Part shown: in pieces, positions 10,681-24,183 of the stretch
How the letters are laid out: each line of letters begins with the position of its first letter
Numbering within the stretch: position 1 is the stretch's first letter
Assembly: GCF_030144855.1 (NCBI RefSeq)
Contig: NC_082731.1
Coordinates: 24,862,001 to 24,926,000, forward strand
Source of the DNA: Hypanus sabinus
Lineage: Eukaryota
DNA: 64,000 bases
Direction of reading: 5' to 3'
Translations under genes and position numbers: made by a program
The notes under the pieces: generated by a model
What the model was told of the DNA's origin: nothing
Database searches by the model: none
The model's input: the letters and a program-made list of their open reading frames with translations, nothing else

Positions 10681-13600
10681 CCTCCCTCCAAAAAAAACAT
10701 TTTTTGGTCTGACAGGAACAAAAATTTTTAACAATTGCTTACAAGAAAAAAACAAGTGTATAAATTTTATAACGTACATAATAGGCATTACCATCATATA
10801 ACAGCTTACAATACAGTAGGAGTGTTACAATTGAAAAAAAAACACTCCATAAAATTTGCATTGTACATTCAACATCGAGTTAGACAATCAGCAACCACAT
10901 TATCTTTACCTTTAATATGTGTTATCACAATATTGTACTCTTGTAACATCAAATTCCAATTTAATAATATTCTGTTGTTTTTCATCTTACTCAGAAACAC
11001 AAACGGATTATGTTCAGTGTAAACAATAAGTTGTTTTTGAGTTGTACCAACAAATACCTCAAAATATTCCAAAGCTAAAACAAGAGATAACAATTCTTTC
11101 TCTATTGTCGAATAGTTTCTTTGATGCTTATTAAATTTCTTAGAAAAGTAAGCTACTGGATTTCAACCGCATCACCCTCATTCCTTTACATTAATACTGC
11201 TCTTGCAGCTTCATCACCAGCATCCACAGCCAATGAAAAAGGTTTTTCAAAGTCAGGTGCTTTAAGCACAGGTTGTTGACATATCATTATTTTCAATTTT
11301 TCAAAAGTTTCTTGACAAGGCACGGTCCACACAAACTTCTCCTTCTTCTGCAGACGGTTAGTTAATGGAAGGGCAACCTCAGCAAAATTCTTACAGAATG
11401 TTCGATAATATCCTACCATTCCCAAGAATCTTCTGAGGGTTTTTTTTTTCCCCATTGGAGTGGGAATCTCTAAAATTGCCTGAACCTTTGCCTGAACAGG
11501 AGCTACCTTAGCTTGACCCACAAGATATTCAAGGTAAGTCACAGTGGCATGTCCAAATTCACTCTTAGCTTAATTAATAGTTAAGTTAGCTTTTGAAAGC
11601 CTTTCGAAACAATTTCTCCACCGCAATAATGTGCGCTTCCCAAGTATCAGTTCCTGTCAAGAAATCATCAATATAAGCATCAGTATCTTTCAATCCATAA
11701 ATCACAGAGTTAATCATCCTCTGGGAAGTACCTGGGGCATTCCTTATCCCAAATGAAAGAATATTATACTCATATAACGCAGATGCAGTTACATATGCAG
11801 AAATCTTTTCGTTACAGCATTCACACTCCTATAGTCTATACAAAACCTTATACTACCATCTGGTTTTGGCACCATAACGCATGGTGAACTCCAATTCGAG
11901 TTAGAATGTAAAATAATGTTATTCTCTAACATATATTCAATTTCTTTCTCAGCAAGTTGACATTTTTCTATGTTCATCCTATATGGATGTAGTTTAATAG
12001 GTTGGCATCTCCAACATCTACATCATGTGAATCTATAGTAGTCCTTCTCGGAACATCTGGAAACAACACCTTATATTTAAAAAATAATTACTTCATCTGT
12101 TGTTTCTGCTCTAGCTGTAAATGTGCTAATTTCTCATCAATATTTTCCAGAACGATTGAATCTGGTAACCTAACAGAAACAATGTTGGATTTAGAATGAA
12201 ATACAGATGAATCAACTATCATGTTCCAAGTTAAATCAAACTCATCTCACTAACCACAACAGTCACAGTTTAAGACATAATGTCATAAGGACCATGAAAT
12301 CTAGCTTGTAAAGGATTTGTCTGCACTGGGAAAAAAAACAACACCTTATCTCCAGGCTTAAACATCCTCATCTTAGCTTCTTTATCATACCAAGTCTTCA
12401 TTTTCTCCTGAGCCAACTTTAAAATTTCCTTGGCTAAGCTACAAGCTTAATGTAAACTTTCCTGAAATTTCAAAACATAGTCCAACAAATTAGTGTGTAC
12501 TTCCTTACTAATCCACTGTTCTTTCAATAAAGCTAAAGGTCAACTAACTCTACTCCCAAACACAAGTACAAATGGACAAAAACCTAAAGAATCCTGTACC
12601 GATTCCCTTACTGCAAATAAAATTATGTTTATACCCTCATCCCAGTCACTTTCATTTTCCACACAATACGTCCTAATCATCTTCTTGATGGTCGAATGAA
12701 AACTCTCCAAGGCACCTGGCGATTCTGGATGGTATGCAGACGAAGTGATTTGCTTAGATCCCAATTTATAAACTATCTGTTGAAACAATCCAGACATAAA
12801 ATTACTGCCTTGATCAGTTTGTATCTCCTTAGGTAATCCAAAATAAGTAAAGAATTTTATAAGAGACTTTGTCAGAGTTTTAGCTTTTATATTCCTAAGT
12901 GCTGCTGCCTCTGGAAACCTAGACGAAGTACACATGATAGTCAACAAATACTGATAACCAGTTTTTGTCTTTGGTGATGGACCAACACAATCTACAATAA
13001 CTTTAGAAAACGGTTCACTAAATGCTGGAATAGCTTTTAATGGAGCTACTGGTGTAAACTGATTTGGTTTACCCACAATTTGACAAGTATTGCACGTTTT
13101 ACAAAACATCGCCGCATCTTTTCTTAGACCAGGCCAGGAAAATTGTTTTAATATCTTGTCCACAGGTTTCCTTACCTCTTGATGTCCACCTCAAGGCACA
13201 TTATGAGCTAAAGTCAAAATCTAATTTCGGTAAACTTTAGGGGCAACTATCTGGTAAACAACATTCCAGTAACACTTGCAGGAATTGTAGGCGATCTCCA
13301 CTTCCTCATCAACACTCCTTTTTCCAAGTAATATCCTACTGGCACCTTCTCAATTTCACTACCTAGTAAAGCTTGCTCTCTTAATTTTATAATCTCAGAG
13401 TCTCTATTCTGCTCTGCTATCGTCTCCTTCCGAGACAGAGATAAATCTTCATAGTCAGACTTCCTCCAAGAATCTTGTACAAAAAACGAAGGTAAGAAAG
13501 TCTCTGACACATCTTCAAAACTCGAATCCTGAGTTGAGCAGTCATGAGTATCAACCTCATTCTGCGCATCAATCTTTTTAGCCATAGCTCTAGTCACAAA

Positions 13601-14834
13601 ACAGGAAGAATCTGTGTTAGAATTCAACTCTGGTTCCTCTGACACCATTGTCAAATGCACTTCAGGAAAAACTTGTCCACCTGCCATGTCATTACCTAAC
13701 AATAAAGACATTCCCTTCACAGGGAAGATATGCTGTAATCCTACTTCAACAAATCCTGTAACTAACCCTGACTATAAATTTATTTTATGTAAATTTACAG
13801 GCATAAAATCACTCCCAACACCACTTATGTAATTTATCTCACCAGCATCAGTCTCTTCATTAAACTTCAACAGACTGACTAACATCAGTGATTGAGAAGC
13901 TCCAGTATCCATAAGGATTTTTATTGGCAGCAGAGTAGATCCTTCTTTCTAGGATACAAACCTTTCAGTTATAAAATTATCATATCCATTTTTAAATTGG
14001 TCAGACACTAACAAAGGCTCATTTGCGTTTATCACACCCTGTCATTTTACAGGTGCTTCAGTATGTTGCACACAAGCATCTGGAATTGCTTCCTTCTCTT
14101 TCTTTTTTCCATCTGAAACAGTTAGCTATTACGTGGCGAGGCTTCTTACAATAGTTACAAATAAGACTTAACTGTCTTTCCTTCACAGGTATTCCTTCCT
14201 CCTTACCTTTCTCATTAACTTCTGATTTAAGTTGTGATTTACCTTCAGTCTCCATGTTATTTTTCCTCTTAAACATTCTGCCCTGAGGAAATTTATTCTT
14301 ATGGATTAATACATACTCATCAGCTAATCGAGCACTGTCCTGCAATGTATCGGTATCCCTCTCTTTTAAGTACGTGCTTACTTCAACAGGAATGCTTCTT
14401 TTAAATTACTCCATTAAAATCAGCTCTCTCAATTTTTGTTCAGCCTCCAATTTACAACGCTCCAATTTTATTTGTTCGATTTGCAACTTGTATCACTTAT
14501 TGGAAACGACCCTAAAAGCAATTGATCAAAAACACCCGAATCCATATCGTGTGACGCGATGTTTCTCTGTACGACAGCCTTAGATGTAGTCGTCAAAATA
14601 CACTTAAGTTGCAATTTACTAGCTATCTCGGATACCTCAGTTCTTTTTTTCGCCTTCGCTAACAACTCCGCATCTGGCGAAACCAGAAACTCATAAATAT
14701 GAGCTGTTGACGAATCCGACTCACAAGCTTATCAAACAAAATAAACGAGTATTCCCCTTTTCCAAAACACCGATTCAAACGTTAGCAAGCATTTAAACTC
14801 AAACGATCCAATTCGGAGGCAGCTCCCATACTTA

Positions 14835-15706
14835 AGTTACGTATTCAGGCAACAATGAATATATGAGTTAGGCAAGGGTTTTTCATAACAAACAACACTT
14901 TTATTAAACACTGAAAACAAACCCCTCAAAAGTAAACAAACAGGAACGTAACCGGAAATCAGCTGCTTTGCGGCAGCTTAAACAGTTCTTAAACTGATGC
15001 AGCTCAAACAGTTCTTAAAGCGAGCTTGCAAAAACAGTTCTTTTAAGTAGGATTGCCACAAGTTCAAAATGCTCACCGTTCATTTAAGGGAGAGACTTTG
15101 GAAGACGATTGAAATTCTTCTTCACGTCGTTTTGCTTCGATCCCCGACGTCGAACATTTCCCACGAAGAATTTACGAAACGAAACGGCTTAAAGGCACTG
15201 ACCTTTTCTTTATCACACTGTCCTCAATCTTCTGCTATCCCGCAGAGGTTAACACGAGAACAGTAAACAAAATCCTTCCAAATAAGGATTAAACAAGGTC
15301 GAACTCGTTCCACCGTCGAAATACATTCTCCTCGATCTTTAATTCCCGAACTCCGATCTTCACTCTACACTGATTTCTCAACTAGTAGTATTGTAAAGAA
15401 ACTGCTGGGAATGACCTTTTAAACATTAGGCATTAGATAAAAACTTCATCCTTCAACTAAACTGCGTCATGACATTAAATCACGCAGTGGCATGAAGTCA
15501 GCTTGGCAAATCTTGCCACGAACTGCCCCTCCTCACAGGGTGTGGTCTTCCTTTTATGACCTATAAAAAAAACCTTTCACCTGATCTCTACTGCCGGGAA
15601 AATGGCATCACTCCACCATCACAAGACCATTACCTCAAGTCCAGTATAGCTTCAACCCCAGTCACATGACAAGGGTACCACTGTCATGTATCACAAGTAC
15701 GTAACA
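14835..15706 (-). repeat. 5' LTR of the Gypsy element
   Basis: Direct repeat of 9808-10680 with scattered substitutions. Adjacent minus-strand TGGGAGCTGCCTCCGAAT may be a decayed tRNA-Pro-type PBS. Confidence 0.93.
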
Positions 15707-16249
15707 TAAACTTCTCTAACTTCCGTTAATGCCCCTCCTCCCTTTCTTAACCCATCCCTGATTTATTTATTTCCCCCTTCCTCCCTCTGCTTTTCTCTCC
15801 CTGCCTATCACTCTTCTTGTTCTCCATCTCACTTTGGTGCTCCTCTGCCTCTTTATTTTTCCTTAGGCCCCCTGTCAAATGATCCTTTACTTTCTCCAGC
15901 TTTGTATCCCTTGTGCCATTCAGCTTTCGAGCTCTTAACTTCACCCCACCCCCTCAGGACCTCGTATAATTTCGTATTTCCCCTCCCAGTGCTGCTTTGA
16001 AATCTCTTACTATGTTGTATTTCAGTTAGTCGTGACAAACGGTCTTGGCCCTAAACATCAACAGTTCCTCTTCCTATAGATGCTGCCTGGACAACTCTGT
16101 GTTTCTTTGCTTGAACTTGAGCTCGTTGTTGTGGCACTATTCAACCCACATTTCAACTACTCGTGTATATGCTAATTCGTACTCACGTTTAATTTGACAA
16201 ACCAAAGTGGCCTCATCAGTATTCATAAACTCGTTTTTTTTTTAAATTC

Positions 16250-17830
16250 GATTTTTATTATTATTTATTCGTACTTTACAAAGCAGCTCAGCATATCATA
16301 GAGCAGATACAGTACAGCATATTCACACGGCAATTTCCTGACAGTAAAACAAATAAGACTTAGAAACAGAAACAAAGTTCTAACATATGTTTAAATTAGC
16401 ATACCACCAAAATGGAACCCACGCGTCTTGCACTGTCCCTGATTGTTATTTCTTCCCAACATATGTTCATATGATGAAATCTTAATCATTTCCTTAGTCC
16501 ATTCCTTCACAGTGGGACATCTGTTTTTTTTTCTAGTTTTGTAATACAATTCTTGCAGCTGTGATGAGACCCACCTTTAAAATAGTTAATTTTTCATTGT
16601 TTACATTAGGTACCAGTGCCCTGTCACGCAAGAGAAAAAGCCGTGGGCACAAGGGTAGTGAGGAACCCGACCAATCCCTCAATAAATCATGAACTTTACA
16701 CCTAAATGTTTGAACCCTAGAACACAAACAAATCATGTGAAAATATGTGTCCACCTCATTTGCAAATTTCCAGTATAAATTATTATCAACCATCCCCGTT
16801 TTGTGGAGTATAGTTGGTGTCCAATAATATCTGTGTACAATCATATACAGAATAAATTTCCTTCAGGTTTCACTGTTGTTCATGAAGATCGCTCTCACGC
16901 AATGTCTTACTTGTAAATACTTCCACAAATTCACGTTACTTACAAAGTAATATTTCCTCTGCAAATCCACATATGACATAAAAATCCCATTATCATAGAG
17001 ATCACCTACTGTATTTATACTTTTAATTTGCCATTCCTTCAAGTAGACGATTCTTTTACCGATGCATATCACAAAGATATTCCAGAGCGAGAAGTATAAT
17101 TGGTTTAAATGTGACATTCTACAAACATTATGAACTGTACTCGACACACCCCTTGAGTGAAATACTACAGGTTTTAGATTAGTCTTGGATCCACATGCTG
17201 TGAGAGGAAGATAACTGGAGAATGTGGTGCAGCCAGGCTCCGTTGTACAACTACCCAATCTAAATCAACAATAGCCCTTTCCCAATGATTAGCTAACTTG
17301 GTCTCTCCAAAGGATAACTTACATGCCCTGACGTCTGGTAGACTGAGCCCACCCATGTCCCTGAACATACACATTTTACTTATTTTAATTCTGGGCTTCT
17401 TCTTATTCCATAGAAATTCACCGATAATTATGTTGTATTACCTGTAAATCAATCTGAAATATTTAAAGGAAGCATCATAGTAAGATAGTAAAACTGAGGT
17501 GTTATGACATTTAACTACTTTCACTTTAACCTACAGTGATATTCTCAGTGACCCCACGTATTCAGAATATTTCTTATCCTACTCAATAAAGAATCAAGAT
17601 ATAAAGTAATTATTCCATCCAATTTCTGACTGAGTTTGACCCCTAAATACCTCATTGCAACTGGCCTCCATCAGAAATTAAGCTAATCTGAAATTGAATA
17701 ACACAATTTTGAATGTTGGCACAGCCTCAAATTTATTGTAGTTGATTTTGTAACTAGATACCTCAGAATATAATAAAATTGTTTTCATTAGTGGGGGTAA
17801 AGAAATAGGAGGGTTACTAGGCAGTAATAA
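16250..17830 (-). mobile_element. L1-clade (fish-type) LINE ORF2 3' remnant
   Basis: Motifs GGLSLPD, FMSYVDLQRKY...WKYLQVRH and YFHMICLCSRVQTF...PLCPRLFLL...ITAARIVLQN in the ORFs at 16533-17374. Confidence 0.75.
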
Positions 17831-18999
17831 ATTATCGTCAACTTGAAACTCTTAGCCACATAACAGTTTAGGTGTATATAGTTGGTAAAACAACAAGCGA
17901 AACGCACAGGCGAGTGGTGCACTGTTGGTGATAGTGAGCGTAGAAGAAATCTGAATGCAAATCCATAACGGCTGGTAACTGCAAGTGAGGAAATGGACAG
18001 TTTGCACTGAGACCTATAGTGGTCCAGGATTTTGAGCTTAGTAATGAATTTCGAGGAGATACTACAGTAGAAACGACTGCGATATTAAATAATGATTAAT
18101 ACCGTAACTGAGTAGAGCATCCTTTCATATGAAAAGTTATTTTGATTGTGCCTATACCAGCGGAAAATAAAACACGCTGCATGGTGCATTTTTGGCAACT
18201 TGAAACAAGCATCACATCTCGAAAATAGCCCTGTATATTCCCGAATTCGCTGCCCATACATAACGGAGCACATTCCACGATTGTGTAGTCCATTGTATTG
18301 AGAGGCTGGACGAACCCCTAAACAACAGTAGTGCGAATCGTCAGCTCAGCACATAAAGCAGTTTTATGAAAAATAGCAGAGAGTGGATCGTTCATGGTCT
18401 TGTTCCTAATTCCACTCTTTCCAAAAGCGGGCCTGAAACACTTTATATTGTACGAGTAGCTCTGCCTCCAACAGAAATCAACTGAGTTTGAGTGTTGGCT
18501 TTCAATGTGGTAGTGTAGCGAGATATTATGTCACAATTAAAAGAAAAACAACAACATTTTAGGCTCGTAGTTTTCCACTGTATCTTCAAAATTGATATTT
18601 GTTTTAAACCAGGAAATTTTTCAACATTTATTTCACTTTGCCAAGGATCTGCATCCCGAAACCAGGCCATTGCACCAACAGCTATCGGCCTTACATAATT
18701 CATTAAAATACATTGCTTCACTACATGGAAATCCTTAGCAAGAGTGACATGACATAAGAGGAGTGGAATATATTTCTCAATGCCTGTAACTCCGAAATTT
18801 CCCTCGATGTCTCCTATGTCAATAAATCTATGGACCTTGAAACCCTCAGTCGAATCAGACGTTCCGATATTTCGGATTTATAGTTATCCTTCTGCCCAAC
18901 CATTACAATCTATGGATCTGCGACTGTAATTTTCCAATGACAAAGGCAGGTCAGGTGCTGAGTAACAAACCCGAAAGCTAGATGAAGCAGCCACGTGGT

Positions 19000-21900
19000 G
19001 AAGCTGCTTATAAATTTTAATAACATCGGGGGTCAAAAATGCAACGGAAATTACACCGGATTTGCCAAAAAATAATTTAAAAAAGTTTAATTAGCATGGA
19101 ATCAGAATGCATGGAAGGAAATGCATAAAATATATTAATACAAATCAGTATAGATTTGTGGCATAGGATCGGACTATGGTAACTCCTCGCAGTAGACTTT
19201 AAAAGAAGGCAATAACAAAAAGGACCCTGATTGCGGTTAGATACATTCCTCAGAACACTGCCTGGGAGGTGGGCCAGAGATTACAATAGGAAACAAAACG
19301 ACGTTTCAAAAGGGCAGTGATATGATAGAAATTTGAGATTTTAAAATGCAGGTCGATTCGGAAAATAATTTGGTAAAATAACTCAAAAGAATTAGTTTGT
19401 TGAATACCTGAGAGATGTCTTTATAGAGCAGTGTGTCGTTGAGTCTACTAAGGGATCAGCTATACTAGACTGGATGTTATCGAATGAATCAGAGGCGATC
19501 AGGAAGCTTCAGGCAAAAGTATCGTGCGGAACTTGTGACCATAATATGACTGCTTTCAACTTGATATTTAGGTGGGAAAAAGTAAAGTCTGACGTAGCAG
19601 TATTTCAGTACAGGTTACAGTTCTATGACAGTTGAGTTGGCTAAAGTAAATTGGAAGGAGCTGCTGACAGGTCTACCTGCACAGCAGTAATGTTGTGCAA
19701 ATCTGATAAAATAAGGATTGTTGCAGAGCATGTGTATTCAAAAATAAAGAAATAACCAAATTACAATATAGTACAATAGGGGTTGAAAAAGCTAATGTAA
19801 AAATAAAAGAAAGGGCGTAGGGCAAAGCAAAAATTCGTGGCAAGATGGACGATTACGTTTTTTAACTATAGAGAACAACTAAATTAATCATTGGACTGGA
19901 AAAGGTGAAATATGAATACAAGCTGGAGGATAGTATTAAAATGGATAGTAAATGTTTTTTTTAAAGTATGTTAAAAATAAAACAGAGCTGAGAGTGCATG
20001 TCTGAACGCAAGAAAATGAGGCAGGAAAATAATAACATGGGCCAAGTAGATGGGAGATAAACTGTATGAGTACTTTATCAGTCTTCACTGTGGAAGACAT
20101 GAGCTGTGTGTCAGATGTTGTAGTCTTTGAAGGAAGAGAGGTGGGAGCAGTTACTTTTAAAAAGGAGAATGTGCTCAAAAAGCTGAAAGTTCTAAAGGTA
20201 CACGAGTAACCCGGACAAGATGAACAGCACCAATGGTTCTGGTATAGATAGCGTTACAGGGTGTTTCGCCATTAGCAGTCATCAATTAAACATCATTGGT
20301 CCCTGGCATTGCCTGACGACTAGAAAACTGGGAGGAGGTGGGCAGAAGGAATGAAATGGTAGACCATTTAGCAGACCTCAGTTATTTGGAAGATGTTAAA
20401 GTCAATTGTTAAGGCTGATTTGATACTTGATGACAAAGGGCAATATCGGAGAATGCCAGCGTGGTTTCATTAAGGGACAATTGTTATGTACAATTGTCAG
20501 TCAGGGTCCACTGGTGTGTCTGAAGGGTGTCTCTCCAGAACTATTTTTTATCTCTACTAACGGGGTCTCAGCTATCCATCAATTCTGAATGACTGTGTCC
20601 ATAAAATCAGACCACTCCTGCAGTCCCCTGAGGAATGTTAACGAGGAAAATAATGTCCTTGCAGCGAAAGTAAGTAATCCAGGAAGAGCCACAATACAAT
20701 AAATCAACAGTCTCCCTCTCTCTTATCTGTCGCAGATGTTCTTGTCTGTGTTTCGACTCTCTATCATAAGCAGAATAGCAACAGCAATAGTTCGTGGTCC
20801 TCGGGGGGGGGGGGGATGGGTAACTCTGCACCCCATTGTCCATCAGGTCTGTTCATCACCCATAACACAATCTTGCCTGAAAAACCTGTTGTAATTATTT
20901 TTCGTGATTACAAGTACGACAGATAAAGGAGAAGTAGTAATTGTATATTTGCACTTTCATAATTCCATAAGTCATAAGTTCCACACATGATGCCGTTAAC
21001 CAATGTAAGAGGCCATGGCATTACAGGAAAATTCCTAACATCGATAGTGCATTTTTCTGATTAGTAGGAGGCACTGAGTGGGAATAAAGGAAACCTTTCT
21101 GGATGGATCTCAGTGACTAGAGGTGTTCAGCAGTGGTCGGCGTTGTGGACCAATTTATATGCTCTATATAAATGATTTAAGGATGAAATAGATGGCTCTG
21201 TTGCTATGTTTACAAATAATGCGAAAATTGGTGAAGCAGCATGTAGTTTTGAGAAGATAGGTTGGATACAGAAAGACTTAGAGAGGATAGGAAAATGAGC
21301 AAGACACTGGCAAATAAAATATAATTTTGGAGAATGCATGGTTATGTAATTTGGTAGTAGAAATAAATTTCCGGACAATTTTGTAAACAGGGAGGAAATT
21401 CAAAAATCTTAGATGCAAAATGATTTGAGAGTCCTTGTGCAGACCATCCTAAATGTAAACCTGCAGGTTGAGTTGGGTATGAGGAATTCAGATGCAATGT
21501 TAGGATTCATTTCAAGAGTTCTAGAATACAAGAGTTGTGATGCAGAGCGTTTATAAGGCACGGGTGAGGCCTGATCTTGAGTTTCGTAAGCGGTTTTGGG
21601 GTCCCCTTCATAGAAAAGCTGTGCTGACATTGTAGAAGGTGCAGAGTAGGTTCACAGGTTGATTCCAGGTACGCAAGGTTTGTCATACGAGGAAAGTTTG
21701 ATGGCTCTAGCTCTGTACTCGCTGGAATTTAGAGAGATGGGGGGTATCTAATTTCAAACTTTTGAATATTCAAAGGTCTACATAGAGAAGACGAGGAAAG
21801 GATATATTTCGCATACTGGGAGAATCTAGGCCAAGGTGGCATAGCTTAAGGATACATTGGAGAGCATTCAAAACATAGATTCCGAGAAATACCATTCAGT

Positions 21901-22110
21901 AAGGGGAGGTAGATTTATGGAATTTCTTGCCACATTCAGCTGTGGAGATATGTCGTTTGGTGCATTCAAGGCAGACATTGATAGGTTCTTGGTTAGACGT
22001 GGCATGCAAGGTTACGTGGAGAAGTCCGGGAAATGGGGTTGATAGGAAGCAAAATAAAGGATCTAATCATGATTTAATGGTGGAATAACCTGTTCTTATG
22101 TTTTAAGATC
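19000..22110 (+). mobile_element. Degenerate CR1 LINE ORF2 (endonuclease, RT and 3' end)
   Basis: Endonuclease-like sequence at ~19200-19620. RT and C-terminal region at 20830-22040 are similar in the opposite orientation to the CR1 at 28916-30900. Many stops. Confidence 0.7.
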
Positions 22111-22339
22111 TTACTGTTTTATCCAAGTTAAATACTCTACCATGTACACTATGAACTCTTTATTCTACCCTTGCCTCTGAAGCGGTTAAAAATAATAGCT
22201 ACATTTGGTAACTACAGGGATAATTCGAGAAGAAAGTGAACCTGTATCGGAATCTCACTGAGAGCACTTTCCTTCAGCCATGAGAATTGTTTTAACATTT
22301 CAGTGTTTCCTCATTATCTGTACATATTATTGAAAGTGA

Positions 22340-22470
22340 NNNNNNNNNNNNNNNNNNNNNNNNNNNNNNNNNNNNNNNNNNNNNNNNNNNNNNNNNNNNN
22401 NNNNNNNNNNNNNNNNNNNNNNNNNNNNNNNNNNNNNNNNNNNNNNNNNNNNNNNNNNNNNNNNNNNNNN
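22340..22470. other. Assembly gap (N run)
   Basis: Run of N. Confidence 1.
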
Positions 22471-23209
22471 CTCATAGACACATATAATATGCAAAGTACA
22501 TTTGTTCCGTCACGCATTTGTTAATCACTCAAAAACTAAATTTGGAAAATCGTTGATAAACTTATTGTGCATTAGGCCCCAGTAGGGACATTGCCGCACT
22601 GATGCACGGGAATGAGACACAGTCCAAAAAGGTTATGAAATGATTTTACATATCTCTATTAGGAAATGAAGGCATCACAAAAACTTTACAATCGCTATCT
22701 CTAATATATGCCCGAGAGTTTCTGTTTCCGTGTTCCAGCTGTCAAGATTCCACTTCCATGAACCAAAACCCGACAATAGATTACAGGGAACCGAGAATAA
22801 CAGAGTGAGTGAGAGTGAAAGTGAGAATGATATAGTGAGCAATGGATAACGGTGTGAGAGTAAAAGAGACCGACAACTTGTTTTGCTTCATTTTGCTATT
22901 CCGCGTGACAGCCTTGAATATTTGTTGAAATAAAAGTACAAATTCATCCGCACACACAATTTTAATCAGCACTATCTGAACACACTAAAAAATAAAGACT
23001 GTTATATACCATGCCTCACAGTCTATGAACAATATCTGTAAATATGGAGGGCCTACAATATACTCGTACTAGAACAGAAGTACATAGGTTAAACTGCGTG
23101 TCATAGTTGGCACAGCTAAGTGAGCTTACTAACAGTTTGCTTTATTGATAATGCAAGTGATGGTGTTGTCTGTGTGGAAAAAAAAGAACACTTCGGCGAA
23201 ATTAGTCAG

Positions 23210-23750
23210 GCTACAATCTTAGTTGATCGCTCCTATTACATCTCAAATAAGGAGCAGAAATAAACAAACAGCATCGAGGAGCTGTTTTTTCACCCACACC
23301 ATTTTTGTTTTCGACTCCTCCTAATTCTACAAACACACTGATAGTCATGTGATCCCGCATGGTCCGTTTTCCCTGTTCTGTTTCTATTCTCATCACCTCC
23401 GTAAAAATGTCCATGTCCTTAGCCTGCACTGGTAACGGTCCAACGTCCCCCAACTCTTTCTATGCCACATGGTCGACAGCACTGGTGTACCCTTGCTGAA
23501 ATCGTCAATTCCATCATCTTTCCCCTCATCTTCCACAGTGGCCAACAAATTACTTTTTGTATTTATGGCACGTTGCTTCCCCGTTTCAATATCTTTGACT
23601 CCATCCCCGGAGAGATCTGGCGAATATCTGCTGATATCTTTAAACCCATTGACACTCACAGTTATCATATCGAAATTTCTTTTCACCCTGATACTGTAAA
23701 ATATTTTATTTCCTTTTCGCAGCTCCTTCACCTTTTCTTATTTTTTCAAA
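23210..23750 (+). mobile_element. Penelope-like RT remnant
   Basis: ORF 23462-23875 has ADIFKPIDTHSYHIEISFHPDTVKYFISFSQLL, matching TDIVYKSTDSHNYLDNTSSHPVQCKNAIPYSQFL in the element at 58432-59391. Confidence 0.7.
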
Positions 23751-23759
23751 GGAGGAGAC

Positions 23760-23994
23760 TTCACCCTATTGGCTTTAAACCAATAAGGGTGGAGCTTGAA
23801 AACAACTTGAGTGGAAACAGTTCCTTAATCGTTAGACCTGACGATTTCTGGCATAAAGAGCTATTTCGGAGGTAGCGCTGCAGTTGCATAAGTCTAGAAC
23901 AGCAACCAAAGAAGATGTATCTGCCCTGTTCTGAAGAATAATCTGCCACAGCATTCTACGTCAAGAAAACCATCTGAGGCCCGACCACGATACG
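23760..23994 (+). promoter_or_regulatory. Putative NAR-TCR V promoter
   Basis: Immediately 5' of the leader and shared with the paralog at 2430-2684. Contains CCAAT, GGGTGG and CRE half-sites (TGACG, ACGTCA). Confidence 0.55.
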
Positions 23995-24037
23995 ATGAAC
24001 TTTCTCTTGTATGTCACGCTGTGCCTCTGCTTTCGAC
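23995..24037 (+). CDS. Leader exon of the NAR-TCR V
   Basis: ATG AAC TTT CTC TTG TAT GTC ACG CTG TGC CTC TGC TTT CGA C|GTAAGT = MNFLLYVTLCLCFR, phase-1 donor. Splices in frame to 24184. Confidence 0.9.
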
Positions 24038-24183
24038 GTAAGTACAGGTCAAAATTTTCTTCAAAGTGCGAGCTAAATATCAAACTGAAGAATATATTCA
24101 GAATTTCATGAACTCATTGTATTAGCCGTCTCGCGTGTTTCACATCTAATTGTGCTTTGCTTCTCCATATTCTTATTTTCCAG

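Larger units (their letters stand above)
9808..15706 (-). mobile_element. Ty3/Gypsy LTR retrotransposon with two LTRs, Gmr1-like domain order, decayed
   Basis: LTRs at 9808-10680 and ~14835-15706 with TGTTACGTA...TACGTAACA termini and a TAAA TSD (9804-9807, 15707-15710). PPT-like GGAGGGAGG (minus strand) abuts the left LTR. Minus-strand domains: gag CNYCKKPRHVIANC (14058-14345), protease ILMDTGAS (~13895-13925), integrase IVDCVGP...QTDQGSNF (12540-13163), RT SPCVMVPKPDGSIRFCIDYR (11789-11977), RNase H (10869-11542). Confidence 0.95.
9120..16100 (+). mobile_element. Penelope-like element (GIY-YIG end), 5'-inverted and split by a Gypsy insertion; parts 9120-9807 and 15707-16100
   Basis: Minus-strand 9120-9300 encodes RAPLILTYHPTSLRVQQIILRN...ILP. 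Plus-strand 9310-9807 continues with the GIY-YIG region. The frame ATGAACATAAA|CTTCTCTAACTTCCGTTAA (MNINFSNFR*) rejoins across the Gypsy insertion. Confidence 0.85.
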
